NCBI GenBank assembly: GCA_963668625.2
Contig: CAXXKA010000006.1
Span: 832,001 to 896,000 of the forward strand
DNA from: an uncultured candidate division Zixibacteria bacterium
GTDB taxonomy: Bacteria; Zixibacteria; MSB-5A5; UBA10806; 4484-95
Length of the DNA stretch: 64,000 nucleotides
Direction: 5' to 3'
Positions 1-8,157 of this stretch are shown here, one piece after another (within the stretch, counting starts at the first letter, position 1; each line of letters opens with the position of its first letter). The position numbers and the translations under genes are program-made. The notes below the pieces were generated by a model that did no database searches, was not told where the DNA came from, and was given only the letters and a program-made list of their open reading frames with translations.

Positions 1-122
1 CTCCCTTAAGTGGTTTAGATGAACTTAATACAATGGTAGGGTTTTACGGAGATGAGCTTAGATACCTTAATAACGTACATGGTTACAATCTAAGTGCGGA
101 TGGTACAAGAATGTTTCGTTGA
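1..122 (+). CDS. 3' end of a CDS truncated by the window edge; possibly a polymorphic (RHS-like) toxin C-terminus
   Basis: Open frame from 3 to TGA at 120-122 reads PLSGLDELNTMVGFYGDELRYLNNVHGYNLSADGTRMFR*. The stop overlaps the GAGGAGG RBS of the next gene. Confidence 0.45.
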   Translation, partial: PLSGLDELNTMVGFYGDELRYLNNVHGYNLSADGTRMFR

Positions 123-131
123 GGAGGATGA

Positions 132-497
132 ATGGATAGAAAAACTGTTGTAGATAATATAGTCAATTTGGCTAATGACTTCTATAGAAGAAGAAATATT
201 TCTATGTACCAATTATTTCTGGACTCAGGATACTTAACCTTACAAGAAGAAATATCTATCGATGAGATCAAAGCAGAGTTAAGAAGTTGCCCTTATCTTA
301 TAGAATCATGGTTTAATTATTCTGATGACCAAAGAATTAGTAATGGGTGGTACGTTAGGAAAGAAAGCGAGAATAATTATATAATTAATAGAATAGAATC
401 CGATTCAATTTCTACATTTACGAGTAAACTCGACGCATGCGCACGTTTTGTGCAATTACAGGTCGAAGTATTGAAAAAAATGAAATTAGATAAATAG
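132..497 (+). CDS. hypothetical protein, possible immunity protein
   Basis: 121-aa AT-rich ORF with a strong RBS, tightly coupled to the upstream stop and followed by a terminator. Confidence 0.7.
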   Translation: MDRKTVVDNIVNLANDFYRRRNISMYQLFLDSGYLTLQEEISIDEIKAELRSCPYLIESWFNYSDDQRISNGWYVRKESENNYIINRIESDSISTFTSKLDACARFVQLQVEVLKKMKLDK

Positions 498-592
498 AAT
501 ATAGCGTAATCTTTGTACTTAATTCTATTATCTATTCAGTCAGTGGAACTTGTTCTTGATAATGCAATTGACACAGTCCTTCTAGGGATAAC

Positions 593-624
593 AACTGCCG
601 GGCCTGATCCCCGGCAGTTTTTTT
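593..624 (+). terminator. Rho-independent terminator
   Basis: AACTGCCGGG-cctgatc-CCCGGCAGTT hairpin followed by a T-run. Confidence 0.75.
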
Positions 625-878
625 ATAAATCACATTGAGTAAAATTGAATATTATCTGCCACAACATTGGCTTATTTTTACGAGTAGTGAAGGGAAGGAT
701 TATCTTTTTCATTTGCTATTATTAAATACCTTACATCTTAGATTGTATAGCAGATGCACCGATTTTTACCGGGTTTTACATCGGCTTTGTTAATTACTTC
801 AAATCTCTTTTATTCTTTTATCGTGGTGTCGTTGATCTAATAAATTTGTAACCCTTCGGAGCCTACCGTGCCATTTTG

Positions 879-1552
879 TGTCATAGGTCGGGTAAAACCG
901 GCCAGTTTGGATCGCTTTAAAACCGGCCACTTGAGGAGGCTTTATTTGCCATATTGTCTATCCGTAAAGGAGGACAGATATGGCGAATCAGCTCAAGATG
1001 GTTATGGTTCAGGCGATTATAGGCTTACTGGAGCAGGGCTGGTCACATCGGCGGATAGCCCGTGAACTGGGTATTCATCGTGAGACAGTGGCCCGGTATG
1101 ATCGGTTACGGCACTCAAAACCGGCCAACCCGACCCCGGCTCAGATATAACAGACTTCTCAAAACCGGCCAATGCGACCCCCGGGTTAATGCTGCCGGAT
1201 CACTCATTAGGTCCACCAAGCTTATGTCAACCTTTCGATGAGATCATCAATTATAGGCTCGAGCAGAATCTATCCGGCCAGCGGATCTGGCAGGCTCTGG
1301 TCGAGGAGCATGGTTTCAACGGTTCTTACAGTTCGGTCAAACGTTATGTTCGCCGCCTTGGTATGATCCTGAGCTTAATCCCAAGATAGTCGAGTTCGCC
1401 CGGCATTACGGCTTCGTGTTTTTACCTACGATCGTATACCTTGTTTCAAAGGTAAGGTTGTGCGCAGCATCCCACGTGAAAAGCGGTGTGAAGTATGTCA
1501 AAAGCAACGCCCTGAAAAGCCGGACATTCACCAGTCTTGAGGAGCAGAATAA
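879..1552 (+). mobile_element. decayed IS21-family element (left end plus istA fragments)
   Basis: Starts TGTC and carries repeated AAAACCGGCCA boxes (~894, ~919) typical of IS21 ends, followed by istA-like fragments. Confidence 0.75.
980..1552 (+). pseudogene. istA: IS21 transposase IstA pseudogene (frameshifted, internally deleted)
   Basis: ATG 980 MANQLKMVMVQAIIGLLEQGWSHRRIARELGIHRETVARY (HTH); then QRIWQALVEEHGFNGSYSSVKRYVRRL; then DPELNPKIVEFARHYGF and SGVKYVKSNALKSRTFTSLEEQN in shifting frames. Confidence 0.8.
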
Positions 1553-1669
1553 AGAGAGGCTTGTTTAAATCGAAGTATTATGGAAATCACTTAAAACAAA
1601 AATGTTCGTTTCTAACCCGATCCCAGCTGCTAAATATTAATCCGATCCGTGACACCGTGATATAAGACC

Positions 1670-1747
1670 ATGTTGAGCAGCTAGAAGAATACATAATGCT
1701 TGAAATAATACGAAAAAATGGGTCTCAAAAATAATTCCGCGTGCCTG
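1670..1747. repeat. 78-bp direct repeat, left copy
   Basis: ATGTTGAGCAGCTAGAAG...TAATTCCGCGTGCCTG matches 4479-4556 with one mismatch. Confidence 0.95.
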
Positions 1748-1933
1748 TAACACGGGGGGGTAGTAGAGTACACATAGAGGCTACATAATGGTAGCAAGTA
1801 GTTGCTTGGCAACTATATATGGCAAATTTTCACCGGAGGGGGTTAAAAGATTCAAACGTGACCGAGAGGACACGGTTTTTTAAAACCATTTGACAGAAGA
1901 AGTAATAGTAGTTACTTGCGTATAAAATCCATC

Positions 1934-1962
1934 TTGACTTAGCATTGTTTAAAAGGTATTAT
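1934..1962 (+). promoter_or_regulatory. sigma70-like promoter for the yfbU cassette
   Basis: TTGACT-17 bp-TATTAT. Confidence 0.55.
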
Positions 1963-2026
1963 TGAGAATATAATTTGAAATGTGTGTGTAGTTTATTTTG
2001 TTAAATTGATGATTGAAGGAGAACTT

Positions 2027-2569
2027 ATGAATGAAAGAAGAATAGTGCTAACCGTTAATGAACGCTTAATGCTTTCTAATCAATATTGTATTCTTGAAGC
2101 TCTCTATCCAAAAGAAGCTGTTTTATTCAAAAGGATGCGCACGATAGTTGAAGAGGGATATGAACTTCATTATAACGATCTTAATGCGACAATATTAGAG
2201 AGCAGAATCTCAGTAGAAGATTGCAAAGAAGTTATGGATATACTAGATATGTATCGGGCGTTACTTTTTAGCTACCGCAGAATAGATGAAAAAGAAGATA
2301 TAGATGCTAAACAATTAGAATTCGAAGGGTTTGACGGAAATTCATCATCAGGAAGACTAGGATATGCACGTTTTTTAATACTAACTCAAGAACGGTGGCA
2401 GGAAGTTTTAGAAGGTAGACCTGATTTTGATTTAAACAGTCATCGTCAAGTAATTGAGATGTATCGTAGAATGCTTCAAGTGTGGAAGGAGATTGATGAT
2501 AAATTTAATCTAAAAAAAGATGAAATCAAAAATATAATTGAAGCAAAAATACATCCGGATTATAAATAG
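2027..2569 (+). CDS. YfbU (UPF0304) family protein
   Basis: ERLMLSNQYxILExLYP, GYELHY, EVMDILDMYRAL, FEGFDGN, LNSH and YRRML motifs; GAAGGA RBS before ATG 2027. Confidence 0.85.
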   Translation: MNERRIVLTVNERLMLSNQYCILEALYPKEAVLFKRMRTIVEEGYELHYNDLNATILESRISVEDCKEVMDILDMYRALLFSYRRIDEKEDIDAKQLEFEGFDGNSSSGRLGYARFLILTQERWQEVLEGRPDFDLNSHRQVIEMYRRMLQVWKEIDDKFNLKKDEIKNIIEAKIHPDYK

Positions 2570-3048
2570 TGTTAGAGGTTATATATATAATTGGTTCAAT
2601 TGCGTCTATTATTGGAGCTATAATATCATGGCGATTTGCAGGTAGGGCAAGGAAATATGCATCATATGTAATGGAACAATTATCGAATAAGCGAAAAATA
2701 TCTGAATTGGCTGAATTAAAGACAAAATGGGATGAAACTTATGGTGAACTACGTGATTTTGGGCCAGCAATGAGAGAGTCGGAATTGAGAGGGAAAGATT
2801 CTTCTAAAGCGGCTAAGCTAGTTCAAGATTATATTGGTGAAGTAAAAAAGCGTAGTTATAGCCTTAGTAACATAAATAATCTTGATGAAATTTTAAGAGA
2901 AATTGGTATAAAGTTAAAAGAGTTTACTGAGGCATATGAGGCTAAAGTTTTAAAAGATAAAGGAAGCAAGCTATTAGGAGATTTAGGTGATCTGGATGCA
3001 AAAATAAGAGCATCATTTATTGCGGCTAAAGATAAAATTGAAATTTAA
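2569..3048 (+). CDS. hypothetical protein, N-terminal TM helix plus helical domain
   Basis: 159-aa ORF overlapping the yfbU stop; hydrophobic N-terminus IYIIGSIASIIGAIISW. Confidence 0.7.
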   Translation: MLEVIYIIGSIASIIGAIISWRFAGRARKYASYVMEQLSNKRKISELAELKTKWDETYGELRDFGPAMRESELRGKDSSKAAKLVQDYIGEVKKRSYSLSNINNLDEILREIGIKLKEFTEAYEAKVLKDKGSKLLGDLGDLDAKIRASFIAAKDKIEI

Positions 3049-3223
3049 TATCTGAATATGTAATTAAAATAATAAAACTATTACCCTACGCTGAACTTGC
3101 GTGCCCATGGGGTGGCCATAATCGCAATGTTCGCGGCATTCATGAAAACCAAATAAGCATGATTTAATAACCAAACTGTTAGGTGGAGTAGAGGTTAGTA
3201 ATATTATTGAGGGATAATCCAGA

Positions 3224-3904
3224 ATGGTAAAAAGAAGATATAATAAAAAAATAAGAAAGGAAGTTCAGGAAAATAAATATTGGAAAATAATAGTAGATAT
3301 AGCTACTATAGCGATTGCTGGAGGTATGTTATACAATGCTTATTTATTATATGATATAAACGAGGATGTGGCAAAATACAATGAAGCTAATTTACAGCCA
3401 CAATTGTTTGTAAATTTAGATACTTTAGAGACATTTGAATCTAGAGAGAATGAAGTAGAAATAAATAATATTATTGAAGATATTTTAGATTCTATGGATA
3501 TTCATTATTCATGGATAAATAGTGGGGAGACTGTTGCAGTAAATGCTTATGTAATAAAGCCAAGATTATTTTGTGATAATGCGAGTAATATCATTTTACC
3601 AGTACCTCCAAAAAGCGATGTTTATACTTTTATATTACCAAAAAAGGATATTAAAAGAGCATGCAAATTAAGCGGAGATGAAAAAGCATTTAAGAAGTTA
3701 GAAAGAAAGAAGACGGTATATTTATATTTTGCCGTATTTTATGAAGATTTAAAAGAGAAAAAATACTTATCTATTTTTATTAAGGGTATTAAAATCAAAG
3801 AAGACAGTAAAGGTATATATGTAGAACATTATGATGAAAAGCATAAAATAATTAAATTTGAATCAGAATTAGATTCAACGGTAACTATATCGTGGGATTC
3901 TTAA
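3224..3904 (+). CDS. hypothetical protein with one N-terminal TM helix
   Basis: 226-aa AT-rich ORF; TM IIVDIATIAIAGGMLYNAYLLY; GAGGG RBS. Confidence 0.7.
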   Translation: MVKRRYNKKIRKEVQENKYWKIIVDIATIAIAGGMLYNAYLLYDINEDVAKYNEANLQPQLFVNLDTLETFESRENEVEINNIIEDILDSMDIHYSWINSGETVAVNAYVIKPRLFCDNASNIILPVPPKSDVYTFILPKKDIKRACKLSGDEKAFKKLERKKTVYLYFAVFYEDLKEKKYLSIFIKGIKIKEDSKGIYVEHYDEKHKIIKFESELDSTVTISWDS

Positions 3905-3927
3905 ATAATAAATAAAATGTTTAACAT

Positions 3928-4359
3928 ATGAATTACGAATGGATAATAGGATTTGCAGGTATTTTTATTGGTTTTTTCTTAAGCAGAATTGATAAGTTTA
4001 TTGATGAAAGAAAAAGGATTAGGAATGTAAAAAAGATACTAATTAAGGAATTAGAGTTAAATGTTGAAGCGTTAGATATAGCTATAGAAGATAATGAATC
4101 AAATAAAGTGAAGGTGTTATTATCAGCTGGTGATGAATTAAGGATGGATGTATTTAAAAGTTATCTAAATAAGATTGATAATTTGAAATTTCATCAACTT
4201 GATGCTTTATTCGATGGTTATGATTCATTAATATATTACAAAAGTAAATGTGAATTTGTAAGTAAAAAAGAGAATAAAAGACAGTATCAAGATAAGTTAT
4301 ATAAGAATGCTAAGGATACTATGAATGATCTTATTCATGCAATAGAGTCAATTGAATAA
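3928..4359 (+). CDS. hypothetical protein with N-terminal TM helix
   Basis: 143-aa ORF; WIIGFAGIFIGFFLS followed by a basic stretch and ELELN. Confidence 0.7.
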   Translation: MNYEWIIGFAGIFIGFFLSRIDKFIDERKRIRNVKKILIKELELNVEALDIAIEDNESNKVKVLLSAGDELRMDVFKSYLNKIDNLKFHQLDALFDGYDSLIYYKSKCEFVSKKENKRQYQDKLYKNAKDTMNDLIHAIESIE

Positions 4360-4434
4360 CTTAGTAAATGGTAAAACACAAAGTTCGCAAATCACACAAC
4401 TCGGCGTAGTTAAAATTATAGCGAAGTTAAGCTT

Positions 4435-4473
4435 AAAAACCGTGCCAATAGAATTGGCGCGGTTTTTGTTTTT
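4435..4473 (+). terminator. Rho-independent terminator closing the cassette
   Basis: AAAAACCGTGCCAAT-aga-ATTGGCGCGGTTTTT followed by a T-rich tail. Confidence 0.7.
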
Positions 4474-4478
4474 ATAAT

Positions 4479-4556
4479 ATGTTGAGCAGCTAGAAGAATA
4501 CATAATGCTTGAAATAATACCAAAAAATGGGTCTCAAAAATAATTCCGCGTGCCTG
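4479..4556. repeat. 78-bp direct repeat, right copy
   Basis: Matches 1670-1747 with one mismatch. Confidence 0.95.
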
Positions 4557-4570
4557 GGTAGTAAGAGACT

Positions 4571-4835
4571 GATCTTTCCTCGCTTTGACGGACACGTAGA
4601 TAAGGCGTATATTAATCATCAGGAGGTGTCTGCATGGGAGACGGATGCAGATATAACCGGTGATTCAAGCTTGAGCGAGTCCGCTTACCAGTAGGTCGGT
4701 AAGCCGTGGTTCCCGACTAACCAGCGTATGGAATATCGAATATACTTGCATGAATCAGTAGAATACTCAATCGGCGTATTTCGTGTAAGTCGGTTACACC
4801 GCCCCTTAGCAGGAGCCGCAGTTCGCTGACCTGCG
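4571..4835 (+). mobile_element. highly decayed IS3-family remnant (left end plus orfA fragment)
   Basis: TGA...GGACAC...AGGAGGTGTC end-like sequence, then ATG 4634 MGDGCRYNR*FKLExVRL, resembling IS3 OrfA (RY..EFKLEAVRL) with stops. Confidence 0.4.
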
Positions 4836-4853
4836 ATTAAAGATAGTCACTCA

Positions 4854-5555
4854 TCACTTATTCACCAGTAATTTAAAACCTCGGCCGTGGATATTGACTA
4901 TCTCTATGCGGTCATCCGGTTTAAGATATTTACGGAGCTTGGATATGAAAACATCCATACTGCGGCTGTTGAAATAATTCTCATCACCCCATATCTGACG
5001 AAGGGCATCGCCGCGCTCCAAAGTGTGATTGACATTCAAACACAGCAGGCGCAATAGCTCGGATTCTTTAGAGGTGAGCTTGAACTCGGATGTTTTACCG
5101 GTCAGGGTTCGTTTGTCGCTGTCGAAAATAAAATCGCCGATCTCGAAACTACCTGGCGAATCTCCACCAGTATCCCGGTTGACTCGCTTCAATACCGCTT
5201 GCATACGAAGCATCAATTCCTCGACACTGAAAGGCTTGGTGATATAATCATCACAACCGACTTTGAAGCCCTTGATTTTGTCCTCCTGAAGAGATTTAGC
5301 GGTGAGGAAGATGATCGGTACGGACTCATTCTTTTTTCGTATCTCCGAGGTAAAAGCGAAACCATCCATTTTAGGCATCATGATGTCGACCAGGCAAAGA
5401 TCGAAAGAGCCGGTGTTGAAAGTATCCAACCCCTCGCGGCCATCCTGGCAAAGGGTGACCTGATATCCATGCAGTTTGAGATGTTCGCAGACTATCAGGC
5501 CGAGGTTATGGTCATCCTCTAACAGGAGTATTTTTGCTTTTGATGATTCCGTCAT
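4854..5555 (-). CDS. OmpR/PhoB-family response regulator (RprY-like)
   Basis: REC domain (LLEDD, DIMMP, KPF) plus winged helix (SRSMDVFISKLRK, HGRGFKL). Confidence 0.95.
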   Translation of the reverse strand: MTESSKAKILLLEDDHNLGLIVCEHLKLHGYQVTLCQDGREGLDTFNTGSFDLCLVDIMMPKMDGFAFTSEIRKKNESVPIIFLTAKSLQEDKIKGFKVGCDDYITKPFSVEELMLRMQAVLKRVNRDTGGDSPGSFEIGDFIFDSDKRTLTGKTSEFKLTSKESELLRLLCLNVNHTLERGDALRQIWGDENYFNSRSMDVFISKLRKYLKPDDRIEIVNIHGRGFKLLVNK

Positions 5556-5617
5556 CTTCTATTCCTTTACCTGTTGATCGCCTCTTTGATAACGCGGCGT
5601 CCAGATAGGTGGAGTAC

Positions 5618-7225
5618 TCAATCTTTCTGCGGAAAGTACAACTCAACCCTCGTTCCTTTACCGGGCTGGCTTTTGATTTCAACTTTGCCTTTATGCGCCT
5701 CGACCATCAACTTGACATAGCTGAGGCCCAGTCCGAACCCTTTGACATCATGAACATCACCGGATGAAACCCGGTAGTATTTATTGAATACCATCTTTAA
5801 ATCGCTTTTACTTATTCCAATACCTTTATCGGATATTCGAATATAAATACCTCCATCGGCGTTCAATGTAGAGATATTAATTTTGGGATATTCAGGCGAA
5901 TATTTCAACGCGTTATCCAAAAGATTATTAATGATACCGCTCAAATGAACTTTATCCGAGCTTATGACCGGGTTATCAGCTTTATTCTCGAAAGCCACGG
6001 CTCCCGATCGTTTGGCAACCGAAAGCGATATGTTATCGACTGCCTCCTTTATGACCTCGTGAATGTCGATCGAATCGAGGTTAAGTTTGATATCGCCGTT
6101 TTCCATCGAAGCCATATGTAGTATTTTTTCCGCCTGATTGCGCATACGTTTGTTTTCATCCTGAATCATTTTAGAAAATTGCCTGACCTTCTCATTGTCG
6201 GATATCATATCCTCTCGTAGTATCGCCTCTGTTGCTAACGTGATGGTGGAGATAGGTGTTTTGAATTCGTGAGTCATATTGTTAACGAAATCCGCCATCA
6301 GCGCCGCATTACGTTTTTGCATGAGTATCACTTTAATGGTGTAAATGAATGTCGTTATGATTATTAATAGAAATATTCCAATTATAGCAAGCATCGGTAA
6401 TATCTGTTTCCACAGGTATACCTGCCGATCCGGGAAATAAAGTAGCAACTCCGTATCGGGTGATAAAATATCGAGAGGAAAAAGGCGCGTGCGATATCCG
6501 GTAGCTATCAGTTCGTCCTCGAATTTCGCCGGGGCGATTATTAGCGAATCGGGTTTGCTCAGACTGATACCGAACACATAATCAAGATAAACATTGACCT
6601 CGGCCAAACTCCGGGTAAGGCTGGAATCGATCAGGGCCGAATCGATTCGACTTTCCACCGGCACCGATTCCGAAACCCACATCTGGCTAAGTACCCTTTG
6701 CATGAAATCGACTCTACTGTCGGTAATTGCGCCGAATATTTTGATGCTACTCGCTGAACTATCACTTCCTGTTTTGAATTTATGTTTTTCGGTTTTGAAT
6801 ATCTCGATGTCATTGCGTCGCCGCTTATCCAGCAAGTTGATTGAGTCGAGAGTACCGTTTTGAATACAGGTGCTGAAAATCGTACTATCGAAGCAGCCTT
6901 CCCGGGTGATAACGGTGTCGGCTTTAAACAATATCAATTTCGATCTGACAGTATCAGCCATCGAGGAGTCATCGGCGTCCACGGTGATAGTCATGCTGTC
7001 GAGATCATCCAGGTCACCGGCAACATCGATGATAACCGACACCGCTTGATGAACCTCGATCAGGTCGATAGCCGAGTTAAGCGCGGTGGCGACATTGTTG
7101 TTGAACGTTTGCTCACGCGATTTGATGGCATCCCTAAGCAATAAGCCTTGCAGAAAAATCAAACCGGCCAGGGATACTACGATCAACGCTATTAACGTGC
7201 CGACTTTTTTGGTACCCAATATCAT
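5618..7225 (-). CDS. membrane sensor histidine kinase
   Basis: Two TM helices; H-box NMTHEFKTPI, NLLDNALKY, DKGIG, GFGLGL. The ATG at 7225 is preferred over the ORF start at 7282. Confidence 0.93.
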   Translation of the reverse strand: MILGTKKVGTLIALIVVSLAGLIFLQGLLLRDAIKSREQTFNNNVATALNSAIDLIEVHQAVSVIIDVAGDLDDLDSMTITVDADDSSMADTVRSKLILFKADTVITREGCFDSTIFSTCIQNGTLDSINLLDKRRRNDIEIFKTEKHKFKTGSDSSASSIKIFGAITDSRVDFMQRVLSQMWVSESVPVESRIDSALIDSSLTRSLAEVNVYLDYVFGISLSKPDSLIIAPAKFEDELIATGYRTRLFPLDILSPDTELLLYFPDRQVYLWKQILPMLAIIGIFLLIIITTFIYTIKVILMQKRNAALMADFVNNMTHEFKTPISTITLATEAILREDMISDNEKVRQFSKMIQDENKRMRNQAEKILHMASMENGDIKLNLDSIDIHEVIKEAVDNISLSVAKRSGAVAFENKADNPVISSDKVHLSGIINNLLDNALKYSPEYPKINISTLNADGGIYIRISDKGIGISKSDLKMVFNKYYRVSSGDVHDVKGFGLGLSYVKLMVEAHKGKVEIKSQPGKGTRVELYFPQKD

Positions 7226-7265
7226 GTAATTAATATAGGCGAAAATCCAGCGATAAGCACTCAAT

Positions 7266-7315
7266 TTAACATAATTTAACATTCGATAACATTTCTTAAC
7301 TATTCCCGGAGTAAC
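7266..7315. promoter_or_regulatory. tandem TTAAC boxes, putative OmpR-type operator in the divergent promoter region
   Basis: TTAAC/ATAAC at 7266, 7276, 7286 and 7296 (exact 10-bp period), plus GTAAC at 7311. Confidence 0.6.
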
Positions 7316-7371
7316 TTATCAATTTATATACAGTAATAGAACCAAGCAAAATAATAACAACGAGAGGAGTT

Positions 7372-8139
7372 ATGATGAGGCCATCAGTATGGACGAAAAA
7401 GCATTGCCGCACGGCGATTGCCAGTCTAGTATTCGCTTTAATATTAATGGTAGCCACGGGATATTCTCAGGCAGTTACCACGCTCGTAATAGATGACCCT
7501 GATGAGGTCATGAATATCAACGAATTCGGCGGCTTAATAGTCGGGATGAACGATACCGTTACGGTGCAGATGGTATTTCCCGAGGATCAAAGAGCGGATG
7601 CCTATAAGGCGCTGGATATTCGTTTCGGTGATATTATCAAGATGGTAAACGGTAAAACAATAACCTCGGTGAAACCACTCAAAGAAATATACGATAACGC
7701 AACATTCGGTGAAATTATCAAACTAGGCATTCTACGTGACGGCAAAATGAAGCTGTTGAAATTCGAGAAAGCCGATCCTGAGGTATTGCCAAACAACATG
7801 CAAATAACTATGGATGGATCGAGCGAGGTGCAAACTATGACGACCTTGTTTATTGACGGGATGATGATCTCCACTGCGGACAATAATGTTGTCATCAGCG
7901 ATGTCATTTCCAATATGTCGCCGGAGTTTACCGGCTATACACCGGCGAAGGGAGATTATATCGTTCAATTACAGGGCAAGGAAATAAGCTCTCCCGATGA
8001 ATTCGATAAGATATACGAAAGTATAAAGCAAGGCGATATGGTAAAACTGAAACTTCTCAGCGGAGATAAGGAGAAGGAATGTTCGTATATCAAACCTGCT
8101 CAAACGGAACAACAAACAATTATTCAAAAAGCGGGATAA
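7372..8139 (+). CDS. exported protein with two PDZ-like domains
   Basis: Signal peptide; GDIIKMVNGKTI and GDYIVQLQGKEI PDZ signatures. Confidence 0.75.
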   Translation: MMRPSVWTKKHCRTAIASLVFALILMVATGYSQAVTTLVIDDPDEVMNINEFGGLIVGMNDTVTVQMVFPEDQRADAYKALDIRFGDIIKMVNGKTITSVKPLKEIYDNATFGEIIKLGILRDGKMKLLKFEKADPEVLPNNMQITMDGSSEVQTMTTLFIDGMMISTADNNVVISDVISNMSPEFTGYTPAKGDYIVQLQGKEISSPDEFDKIYESIKQGDMVKLKLLSGDKEKECSYIKPAQTEQQTIIQKAG

Positions 8140-8157
8140 TTAAACAAAGGATGTATC

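Noticed and set aside
868-1065. 65-aa ORF
   Set aside because: Spans the IS21 end and overlaps the real istA frame; spurious
1558-1590. dif-like or CRISPR-repeat-like string GTTTAAATCGAAGTATTATGGAAAT
   Set aside because: Arm spacing does not fit the 11-6-11 dif layout, and it is single-copy, so not an array
3049-3223. Possible integron attC site between cassette genes
   Set aside because: GTTAGGT is present, but there is no matching RYYYAAC or extended palindrome; other gene junctions are too short and no intI was seen
4416-4619. 67-aa minus-strand ORF across the right direct repeat
   Set aside because: Runs through a terminator, the repeat and an IS-like end; no coding features
4620-4840. 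Series of small hairpins suggesting an ncRNA
   Set aside because: Better explained as a decayed IS3-like orfA; no RNA family consensus recognised
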